Source of the DNA: Octopus vulgaris
Taxonomy: Eukaryota
Length of the DNA stretch: 64,000 nt
Direction: 5' to 3'
Assembly: GCA_951406725.2 (NCBI GenBank)
Contig: OX597822.1
Coordinates: 111,166,001 to 111,230,000 of the forward strand
Below, one piece after another: positions 52,898-64,000 of this stretch. Both the position numbers and the translations under genes were made by a program. The notes beneath the pieces were generated by a model that had not been told where the DNA came from, did not search any database, and saw only the letters and a list, made by a program, of their open reading frames with translations. Each line of letters opens with the position of its first letter. The stretch's first letter is position 1.

Positions 52898-52957
52898 CAT
52901 TCGATAATACATACAAGTATACACACACGCACACACACATACACACACACATATATA

Positions 52958-53098
52958 TGCATACATACATACATACATACATATATACATACATACATAC
53001 ATACATGCATGCATACATACATACATACATACATACATACATACATACATACATACATACATACATACATACATACATACATACATACATACATACAT
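52958..53098. repeat. (CATA)n microsatellite
   Basis: Direct inspection. Confidence 0.95.
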
Positions 53099-55975
53099 GT
53101 ATACATATCCGCATATATGGGATGGCGTTTGTTTTTAAGACCAAAGGAAAACATAAGGGACTCATATTTTAGAGAATGATTTCAATAGAATACTCCTATT
53201 TTGTGTATATCAACAGAAGTAAATAGAAATTCAGACTCGATGTTCATGCTTTATAGCTCTCATTTTGTCATGTGACAAATCCACTGGACAAAATATTTGA
53301 CGTAACCTGAATCAACCTGCACTTTAGCTGGTAGCGACCTGAGGAACAGTCTCCCTATAAAAGCAAACATTTTAGAACAATGGTCGAATAGATAAAGCTC
53401 GCAACACAGTTCCTCGTAACACACAATAGAAAATCAAATGTGAAACGAATTAATTGTGTATGTATATACATACAAATACGTGTGTGCGCATGCGAGTGTA
53501 TTTGTTTGTGTGTTTGTGCCTATGTGTATAAATATTTCTATATAATGGGTATTAGGCAATACTTTTAAGTTGAGTACTCTAAATATTTCCTTTTTCCAAG
53601 AGGAAAGTTGACAGATACAGCTGAAGGATTCAGATAATTCTTTATTTTCTATTTACCATCCACCTCTGTATACTTTTGTTCAAGTCCTCACACGCGTATA
53701 TCACGTTTTCTGAATAAAAATGCAGAAAACCAATCATGTATGAAGGTTTATTACATTTGTGGAATTTTTTATAAAAATATATACTTGCGAGAAATAGATT
53801 AACAGTTTGCTATGATATGAAATACGGTAAAAATACTCTGCATATCAGTGGGAGGTTTGCTAAACGTAAACCTTCCATTTAAAATATGTTTTTATATAAA
53901 CTCTATGAATATGAAATCTGATAGTGAAATAACCTTAACGCCTTTTACTGGCGGTTTTCCATGGGAACATAAGAAAAACTGATTATCAATTATTATTCAT
54001 GAACTTCAATTCTGCAACAATTGAAATATATGATAATTTTTAGTGAAAGAGTAATTCACAAACAATTCTTTAGTTTCCATAACCAGAGTAAATAACTTGC
54101 ATACCTTTCTAAATATTTAGATCTGTTTACAAATTCTGTAGTTCCCTTACAATAAAGAGCTCTATTACATTCACGGATACTGAAACATTTGATGGTTTCA
54201 TTTGTTCTTGCATTATTCCCAATTATATAAGTTAATTATTTTCATTAACATATGCTTAAGTTTTAAGTTCTCATACACTAGGGAATAAAGAGTACGAAAA
54301 TAGATTTAGAAAAGTCCCTATTTTAAATAATTATATTTTATGTATGAAATAATATTGATTTTTCACTTAGAATCAAGCCGACATATTTGAAGGAAAGCTA
54401 GCTTGTTATACGTCAGTGCCTCTCTCAAAGGAATTGGCACTGCAAGTAAAGTGAATTGTTAATGTACGTTAATATCGACATTTAAAACTATGTACCTCGA
54501 ATGATTCGCATCCATAGACGTAGGGGCGACATTTGACGGAGTCACAAGGGAACTAACCTGTTTATGTCTTTGTTGGAAGTTATGAAAGAAATTATCAATT
54601 GGGAAAATAAATCAATTTTGAAGCGTAGTCATTGTATATTTATATCGTTGGCAGCAGTTGTCGGTGGAGTGATGGATGGTAACCTCCGAATGCTTTTCCC
54701 ACTCCCCCATCTCCAGCTGGGATTCTTAAAATCTTTTTCGTGATTTCCCTAGCCATCGTTATTGGTCGCCAGCCTTGATAGTTTTTACACAATTGTTGCC
54801 ACTTTTACTTATCGTCGTCAGTTCCACTTCTTTCTCTTTTGTGTTCTTTTTTTGTATGTATAATGTATAATGTATATCACTACCGTCTTCCGTTCCGTTA
54901 CCTATTAATTTGCTTTTATCTCTTTATATTTCATATATTGTACAGGTGGTATAATTTGTGCTCGAGCATGTTAGGGTTAAATATCATGGTACCGTTGATG
55001 TAGGTCCACTTTAATATCAATCTCTTATTAACTTTCTCATGTGTCTTCTTTCTTTATATTTTAATCTCTGTATTAGAAATATGTAGTTTTCTACTAATTT
55101 AATGCTTATTATTGTAAACTCAGGTGATGTTACCACATCAATTAACAAATATTCTTTGTTCTTGTTCGTTTTTATCTCACGAGTTTTCCTCGGTGCAAAT
55201 AATTCTGGCGTTCACTACCTCTCTGTCTTCAAGACTGTTTGTTTTCAGACCGATATAATGAGAGAATCTGCGGTGGTGTACACAAGTTCCTTTGGTATTT
55301 ATTTAATCGGAAGATTTATTTACTGTTATATAGTATAGGACGTGTATTTTAAAAGCGAAGATTCAAAGGGCAACTGAACAAATTGTACCATAATAGCCTC
55401 CATATACCTGAATGTTTTGATTATTACAGAATAAATTCGTTTTAAGAATTTTCATTATATTCTAAATGAGCCTGTTTTATTCATGCGTCCGGCTTTTGCA
55501 TACATGAATAGATAAATAAAATATCTTGATAGATTCATAATATTTAAATGTTCAGAGATGTTGTAAACGCATTTATAAGAATAAAAATATTACACAGAAC
55601 ACTTGGCATGGTTGCATACACGTCTCTTAATAAATACTGAATAATTAATGCGTTTTGTAATTATTCCTTTTCGATCACAAGTAAGACTATATGCGGGTAC
55701 CTCAGAATAATCATGTAAATTCTCCAACCCTTACCTTCATTTTTATTCGAAACAATTTCAATTTTAGAAATTTATAGTTCTATATTGATATCAATCAATC
55801 AATCAGTCACGTCATTCAGTGCCTTCCAATTTTGGGAGGGGCACACACATTCACTAACTCTCCATAACTTTCAGGTAGCCGACGTGCAAAGTTTTTCAAG
55901 TGCATCACGATTAGCACTTATTGTTCCTTGTCTTTCATGCGTCCTTTTAATTTGACCCATTAAAGTCTCAACTTA

Positions 55976-57422
55976 CACAAGGGTTGGACAGAATAATGGA
56001 ACTATCTAGCGTCACAAAATCATAATTTTGAAATATCTTTAAAACTGTTAAAAGCTTGTTTATTTTTTGTTTTTTTTATTTATTATTAGTGTTACTTAGT
56101 ATGTTGTGCTAAAATTGCTGTTTCTTTTCACATATCATCAGAAAAAAAGGAATTAAAATTCATTAAAATGACAGATCTATCGAACTTTCAAAGAGGTCAA
56201 ATGGTTGGTGCTCGTATGACATGCGCTAGCGTAACGAAAACAGCCGAAATGTTCGTTGTATTAAGAAGTACTGTCTCGAAATTAATGCCATCCTTTGAAA
56301 AAGTGGGAAAAAACTCCCCGTCGAAACAAAACTCCGGAAGAAAACCAAAACTTTCAGATAGCGACCGTCAAGCTCTTACGTGAATTGTTAGAACGTATCG
56401 CAAAAGTACAGCTCCCAAAATTACTGCAGAGTTTAATGACCACCGCGAGAACCCAGTTTCCACAAAAACTGTTCGCCAGGAGCTGCACAAAGTCAGACTT
56501 CACGAGAGAGCTGCAGATATAAAACTGCTACTTTCAAAAATAAACATTGCAAAGCGTTTAGAGTGGAGTAAAAAACCTACAGATTTGGTCCCAAGAGCTG
56601 TGGAAGAATGTTATTTTCTCGGACGTGTCATCCTTTACCTTATTTCCGACCATCGGCCGAGTATACGGGTGAAGTCAGCCAAAAGAAGCATTTGATCTAG
56701 ACTGCCTTCTTCCAACTGTTTAACATGGAGGAGGATCTGTGATGATCTGGGGGTGGACTACATCAAGGAAAACCGCCGGCCCAATTGTTACCCTTCATGG
56801 CAGAATTAATAGTCAAGACTTTTTAAGCATTTTTCTGATCAAATTCATGCTATAGTTGTGGAACTGTTTCCGGAGGGAGGGAAATGCAATCTTTCAGGAT
56901 GATAATGTACCGATTCATACAGCTAAATGGCATGAGGAACATTCTAGTGAAGTTGAACATCTGGCCACCCCAGTCCACAGATCTCAATATTATTGAACAT
57001 TTATAGTCCGTTTTAGAAAAACAAGTAAGGACTCGATATCCTCCACCATCATCACTAGAGACTCTATTTGCTGAAGAATGGACAAAATTTCCTTTGGAAA
57101 CAATTCAAACTTTTTACGAGGAATTCAAGCTGTAATTACTGCCAAATGCGGTCTTACTCTACATTAAGATAATGGCGGCGAGCTGGCAGAAACGTTAGCA
57201 CGCCGGGCGAAATGCGTAGCCGTATTTCGTCTGCCACTACGTTATGGGCAGATAAATTAAGTACCAGTTATGCACTGGGGTCGATATAATCAACTTAATC
57301 CGTTTGTCTGTCCTTGTTCGTCCCCTCTGTGTTTAGCCCCTTGTTGGTAGTAAAGAAATATATATTAAAATAAATATGTTCGAAATTTTAAGGTGTTATC
57401 ATTATTTTTTCTAACCCTTCTA
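55976..57422 (+). mobile_element. Full-length decayed Tc1 (DD34E-type) transposon; transposase pseudogene 56168-57167
   Basis: TA flanks; imperfect TIRs CACAAGGGTTGGACAGAATAATG / CATTATTTTTTCTAACCCTTCTA; MTDLSNFQRGQMVGAR..SGRKPKLS..WKNVIFSDVS..HGGGSVMIWG..FQDDN..SPDLNIIEHL, with stops and frameshifts. Confidence 0.9.
57174..57360 (+). mobile_element. SINE family A (internally deleted) nested in the Tc1 just after its stop codon
   Basis: Imperfect TSD TACATTAAGATAA / TATATTAAAATAA. Confidence 0.88.
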
Positions 57423-58139
57423 TATCCACTTGCCACTTGTGCAATTCCAATTAGAATATCTTATGAATATCTATTAGAATATCTATTATGTTTGCATTCT
57501 GTTTCGTAGTTTAGCAATATTTTCACATTATTTCAATAAAGCTATACCATCTGCGAATATACTAAGCTATTTTAAGCTTCCTTCTTAGCTCTCTTGATAT
57601 CCTCTCCCATATAGACCTACTTATTCACTTCACATTTTATTTAGCTTATCCAATGTAAGTTTTATTTCAGGTTGTCTGTTCAATTCCAAACGTACATTGT
57701 ATTTCATGAGAAAATGAGGAGTCGCTTTAAATAGAAAATGCAATCAATCTCCCAAACAACTAACTTTCATCAGCTTTTCTTACGTTTCAATTTTGTCTTT
57801 CAAGAAAATGTTTTTATAGGCTTGCTAAATATATTTCTCTTTTCGTCACAGTTTAATCTAATTTGTAACTCATCTTGATTAAGTCGCGTTAGTCTTTTGT
57901 TTTTCGCAGTTCTTTACATTTGTCTTGTAATTTTCTTATTTCTTTCCAGAGTCAATTTAGTTCTTATAAGGCCTGGAAAAAAGGATTTTTCTCGTTTTTT
58001 CTCCATGAATTTCAATTAGATAATGTGTCATCGTAAATTTGAACGTTTTTACAACCAGTTGATATAAATAATCTTTACTTCACGTGTTGTATAGATTTGC
58101 AAAGCAATCACTTAGAACTATTTGTATGTATAAAAATAT

Positions 58140-58281
58140 ACTTATTTGTGTGTATTGAGTACTTCGTTCGTTTGTATGTGCGCGTTGTATGTGTATTAAA
58201 TATTAAATAAGAGTATTTATGAAATAATTATTTTAATCCATGACAAACATGTGTAGACGATTGATGAACAGCAATATATGT

Positions 58282-58341
<60 letters not shown>

Positions 58342-58375
58342 GTATGTATGTATATGTATATGTATATATATATAA

Positions 58376-58423
<48 letters not shown>

Positions 58424-58563
58424 TTATTTGTGTGTATTGAGTACTTCGTTCGTTTGTATGTGCGCGTTGTATGTGTATTAAATATTAAATAAGAGTATTT
58501 ATGAAATAATTATTTTAATCCATGACAAACATGTGTAGACGATTGATGAACAGCAATATATGT

Positions 58564-58621
<58 letters not shown>

Positions 58622-58670
58622 GTATATATATATGTATGTATGTATATGTATATGTATATATATATATATA

Positions 58671-58725
<55 letters not shown>
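58140..58725. repeat. 282-bp-period tandem duplication including a compound microsatellite
   Basis: About 145 unique bp identical at 58140 and 58422. Confidence 0.92.
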
Positions 58726-58756
<31 letters not shown>

Positions 58757-58773
58757 CTATATATATGTGTGTG

Positions 58774-58810
<37 letters not shown>

Positions 58811-58819
58811 ATAATCGAA

Positions 58820-59080
58820 AAGGCGTGACTGGGGGTAAGAAGCTTTCTTCCCAGTGACATGGATCCAGGTTGAGAACCACTGTGTGTGTCTTTAATTTCA
58901 TCTGTTCGTTCCCTCCCACCCATTTGACAACAAATGCTGGATCGTTTACATCCCCATCACTTAGTGGTTCAGCAAAAAGAGACTAATCACATAAATACCA
59001 GGTAAACAAAGAAACATAAGTATTGGTGCCGATTCATTCCACTAAACCATTCAAAGCGGTGCCCCAGCATTGCCGAAGTT
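58820..59080 (+). mobile_element. Decayed, internally deleted SINE family B
   Basis: ggtaagaagctt...ttgacaac...cttagtggttcagcaaaaagagac. Confidence 0.6.
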
Positions 59081-59273
59081 TAATTTCGGAGGTGAGGACT
59101 AGTGAATATTATTGACCCGCCCCCCAGTGTTCAATTGGTACTTATTTAATCGACCCAGAAATACCGAAAGGCAAAGTCGATCCCCTCGGAATTTGAATTA
59201 AGAACGTAAAGAGAGACGAAGCGTCGCGATGCATTTTGCTCGATGTTCTGACGGTTCTACTTGATCACCGCCT
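59080..59273 (-). mobile_element. Old SINE family A
   Basis: Family core. Confidence 0.7.
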
Positions 59274-59295
59274 TAATGTATTATATCTAAAAAAA

Positions 59296-59527
59296 GGCGG
59301 CGAGCTGGCAGAAACGTTAGCACTCCGGACGAAATGCGTAGCCGTATTTCGTCTGCCGTTACGTTCTGGGTTCAAATTCCGCCGAGGTCGACTTTGTCTT
59401 TCATCATTTCGGCGTCGATAAATTAAGTACCAGTTACGTACTGGGGTCGATGTAATCGACTTAATCCGTTTGTCTGTCCTTGTTTGTCCCCTCTGTGTTT
59501 AGCCCCTTGTGGTTAGTAAAGAAATAG
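59296..59527 (+). mobile_element. Young full-length SINE family A
   Basis: 13-bp TSD GTATTATATCTAA. Confidence 0.92.
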
Positions 59528-60618
59528 GTATTATATCTAATACTACATATTAAAAAATACTAAGCAATGCAAAGGTAGTCATTATGGACAAAGTAAGAGT
59601 AATTGAAAAAATTAAGTAATGAATAATAGAATATATTTAACTATGTAGAGGATGAAATAAAATTAAAAAAAGCATAATTGTTTTTCCAAGGACGTAGATA
59701 TCCTCTTGAATTCTACAATCCATTACCGCTGCTCTGTACATACACATAATAATGTTATAATGCAACAGAAATCCTGTTGCTGGTGACAGTTTCCTAATGC
59801 ATAAACACAATTAGCAAAAGCGAATTCTAAGCAGAAAATGTAAACTGCAGATGGCCATATCTAAAATTTTCAAAGACCTTAATACAAATAACCAACGAAC
59901 AGATTTTCAAAACCCCGGGTTATACAATATTTTGGTGCACATTACAAAATGAAATTTACTTTAGATGAATATTTGAACTATTGTCATTCACACGTAACAT
60001 TCAAACTGGGAATGAACGAACTCTGCATTATTTTCACTATTCTGTAAAACTACGGGTTGTCTTTGGTAGAGAGCATTCGTGTGCCTGGGACGATAATATC
60101 ACCATGGTGCATTTTCGGTATTTTATATTTGTTATTTCGATTTGGCATTGGTATTTCTCTCAGCAACACGTAAATTTCTCATTTCCCCCCACAATCTAAT
60201 TTCACTATTTCGTTAGTTCATAATATCAATTTCTAATTAAAAGCACGTTACAGCTAACGTTTTCATCATCCACAATATCAACTTCCGTCCTGAATGACTA
60301 CTGCATTTCTGTGTAGCATTATAAACTCCTTTCAATAAATACACCATTATTACAATATTCAACACGTAACAACCGTTATCTCTTCCACATCTTGCATGCT
60401 TTATCTAAAGCCACATGGCTGGGGACTGGAATATATTGAGTTGCTTGTAGACGGCAGTAAATTATATACCTGCTGTCTAATAGTCCAACAAATCGTATGC
60501 AATCTTCCGCTTATCATTACGGGATATTTTCTGCTTTTCTCAACATCATTATACTGTTCTCATTAACATACTACCCGTCGGGGGGTTCTAGGCATATCAG
60601 ATAAATGAATTAAGAAAT

Positions 60619-60674
<56 letters not shown>

Positions 60675-62223
60675 TTATAAATACATATATACATATATAT
60701 ATATATATTTATTTATATTTATAAATACACACACACACACACACACAAACACACATATATATATATATTTATATTTATAAATACACACACACACACATAA
60801 ATATATATACACCTACATAAATACATACATTCATTCATTCATACATACATATGTATATATATATTATTTGTGAAAATGTAACTCATATTCTTATGTTTTG
60901 TTAATATTAGATGCCCGTAAAATATAAGCTCTGCAGTTGAGGATGTATAGTGTCTAATCGTATGATACAATGTATGCCAAGAGATATATTTAGATTATAA
61001 CTCCGTAAATTTCAACAATGGTGACTTAATTCAAACCGTCACAAAGAGTAAAACAAGTAACAAACCAGAGAGAAAAAAAAAACACCCCGAAGTAACGAAA
61101 TCACTTATCTGCAAAATACGACTGAAATACAGTTGGATCTAGATGATATATCATGTTCTCTCGATAGAGTTTAGTACAGAACAGGGTTCATAACTGGAGA
61201 TCTTAACTGAGTGGAACACACATTAATTCTGTGACGAATGTAATAATATTTGAAGTGAAAGGAATATCTGAGTTGCTACGTATTAGGCTAACTTATTTAA
61301 ACCATGACGTAAAATCAATAATTGCAATATATAGTAAAGCTAAATGTGTTCTTGTTTACTTCTCCAGTATGAAAGGGTGGGGGGCTAAATAGTAAGGAAA
61401 TCCTATTAGAAATTCTCAAATCAAATCAGAGGACATTCATTAAACATTTCACTGAACAAATTTGCTTTATGCTTGGAAATACAAAACTCAGTATATCTTT
61501 ACTAATAATTTCCATTGATAATTTCTTATAGCGTTTTGACACGTTTTGCTTATTTTCTGCAATAAATATTTGTACATTGTTACCAATAATAGGTCTCATA
61601 CCAAAACAGACAACCATTGTGTTACTATCCGACATAAAACATGTCTGATATTAATCTGGTATAATTTATCATGATTTTTTTTCCCTTCCTAACTGGACAT
61701 AAATCAACCACTACAAGGAGATGTTGGTGTATCAAGTGTTATTATCTCAAAATTCAGGGATATTGCAATGTTTGTTAAGAAATTATAATCTATTTTTCTT
61801 GAAAACTATACAGAATCTATTAAGAAATTGATTTGCACAGATATTTAGAATTTATCAACATTCTTACAAAAGGTAGTCACATATGTACAGAAAAATAGAT
61901 ACAATCTCACTGTTTTGTCACGTTTCTATATGCAAGTGTCACAGTCTTCTATCATACTCCATTCCTATCTATAGGAAATGATAAAAAATCAATCATTTCA
62001 CTTTTAGTGTATTAGTGATAGTTCGTAAAACATCACGTTTTGTGCATATGAAAAATAATATTTTCACAGAAAAGTATCGAACACGGAAAACTATATATAA
62101 AATTATGAGTAAATAACTTAGATGTATGTATGCATGTTTGTAAGTATGCATGTATGTATTATGTATGAATGTAATATTATGTATATATGCATGTATGTAT
62201 GTATGGACGTATTTATATATGTA

Positions 62224-62263
<40 letters not shown>

Positions 62264-62287
62264 ATATATATATATATATATACTCTC

Positions 62288-62646
62288 AGTGCGTGGCACG
62301 TTGGTCAAGTGTCTTCTACTATAGCCTCGGGCCGACCAAAGCCTTGTGAGTGGATATGGTAGACGGAAACTGAAAGAAGCCCGTCGTATAAATGCATATC
62401 TATATATGTATGTGGGTGTACATGTTAGTGTGTCTGTGTTTGTCTCCCCCCAACATCGCTTGACAACCGATTGCGGTGTGTTTACGTTCACGTAAATTAG
62501 CGATTCGGCAAAATAGACCGATAGAATAAGTACGAGGCTTTCAAAGAATAAGTGCTGGGGTCGATTTGCTCGACTAAAAGGATGCTTCAGCATGGCCGCA
62601 GTCAAATGACTGAAACAAATAAAAGAGAAAAGAGAAAAAGAGAAAA
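62288..62646 (+). mobile_element. 5'-truncated SINE family B
   Basis: Matches the 11788 copy from tgcgtggcac onward. Confidence 0.88.
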
Positions 62647-63267
62647 TGTATGTATGTGTGCATGTATGTATGTATGTATCTATCTATCTATCTTCTGTCT
62701 ATTTATCTGTCTATAATAATGTTCGTATCCGGTCTTATTCCACTTGATTCAAATCTAAACAGTTATAACAATTATAATCATGTAGATGATATATATTTCG
62801 CATAAATTGCTTATTTTGGTGAATACAGAATTATTCAGAATCACTGCAACCAAACAATTCCATAACCTTTGATATATGATGCATGTTCTAGGGTGAGTGC
62901 CCGAGTAGTGACATTATATTCTGTTACAAGAAGTTGTAACAACGTTAAGCAAATGGTAATGATCTATTCCTTTAGGTAATGTTTCATCGTTTTAATTTGA
63001 GTTACCTTTATCTCATGGACCGAGCACATTATGCGTTGGCTATTGAAACGTTTGCTGATCAACTAAGTGTGGGAGGTTTCCTTTCCCTTTGCTACCGCGT
63101 GTATGTTAATATTTCTTCTTCCTAGATATTAAAAGACCATATTTTAGAAAGACGGATGCATACTCTCTATACTTTAGCATTGAAAGATTTTCACCCATGC
63201 AAATTGCAGCCATTTCTATGCATAAGTGTGGCCTACAATTTGGCATATACATACATTCATATATACT

Positions 63268-63325
<58 letters not shown>

Positions 63326-63345
63326 CGTATCTCTCTCTCTCTCTG

Positions 63346-63376
<31 letters not shown>

Positions 63377-63645
63377 AACACACACGTGCTAGAATCGTGC
63401 AACAAAAGATCAGCAAGAATATAGGTCTCCATACTTTAAGGATAAACATGATATACGACATTTCAGTAGATATAACCATATAAGAGGGTCTGCTGGGAAA
63501 TCTGTGGGTCTTGTAAAGCCAATAATATATCAATCACTCACTTTCTGCTTCTGCAGACATGTTTCCAACGTAAACAGATACATACATATATACATATGTT
63601 TCCAAACATACTCACAGAAAATGCATATATACTGTCGATATGCAG

Positions 63646-63711
<66 letters not shown>

Positions 63712-63736
63712 TATATATATGTACATGTATATATGT

Positions 63737-63780
<44 letters not shown>

Positions 63781-63789
63781 ATATGTCGG

Positions 63790-63984
63790 CATGATAGATC
63801 GTTTGCTACCACATACATTTTTCTCTCCTTGTTTCTCTCTTTTTTTTTTCTGTGTCCCTTTCTGTAGAAGATCGTAGGTTCGAAACGTAAAAAATATTTT
63901 CTATTCCTGAGCGTTATAGTAATACATCTGTTTGTTGTGTACACCACCTCTCTTCGTCTTTTGTTTTTTTCGTAAACTCGCCCT
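63790..63984 (+). mobile_element. Family D unit; hammerhead-like motif at 63859-63892
   Basis: TTT-CTGTAGAA-GATC-GTAG-GTTC-GAAA-CG-TA-AAA; flanked by (TA)n. Confidence 0.75.
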
Positions 63985-64000
63985 ATATATATATATATGA

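Overview
AT-rich, microsatellite-saturated eukaryotic non-coding DNA (intronic or intergenic). The SINE and Helitron families look like those of an octopus (coleoid cephalopod) genome; this is recognition from memory and was not checked. No convincing host protein-coding gene is present. Nearly all ORFs in the track are translations of (TA)n, (CA)n, (TATC)n, (CAT)n or (TAA)n repeats. The real coding remnants all come from transposons: a 5'-truncated R4/Dong RLE retrotransposon in (TAA)n plus two more RLE fragments, two HERO-like 3' ends, an RTE 3' end, a full-length decayed Tc1, rosa-like and maT-like fragments, and a Penelope endonuclease tail. There are also three tRNA-derived SINE families (several with TSDs) and three non-autonomous Helitrons. 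The main hidden signal is RNA structure. (1) About a dozen minimal type-I hammerhead-ribozyme motifs from roughly seven unrelated sequence families sit in short, often fold-back, Penelope-like units embedded in (TA)n. All have a palindromic or near-palindromic stem III, and some carry non-canonical cores (U3-A8, an extra A after A9, A6U). (2) Two highly diverged HERO-like 3' UTRs share a covarying multi-pseudoknot fold. All structures were folded by eye and coordinates may be off by a few bases.
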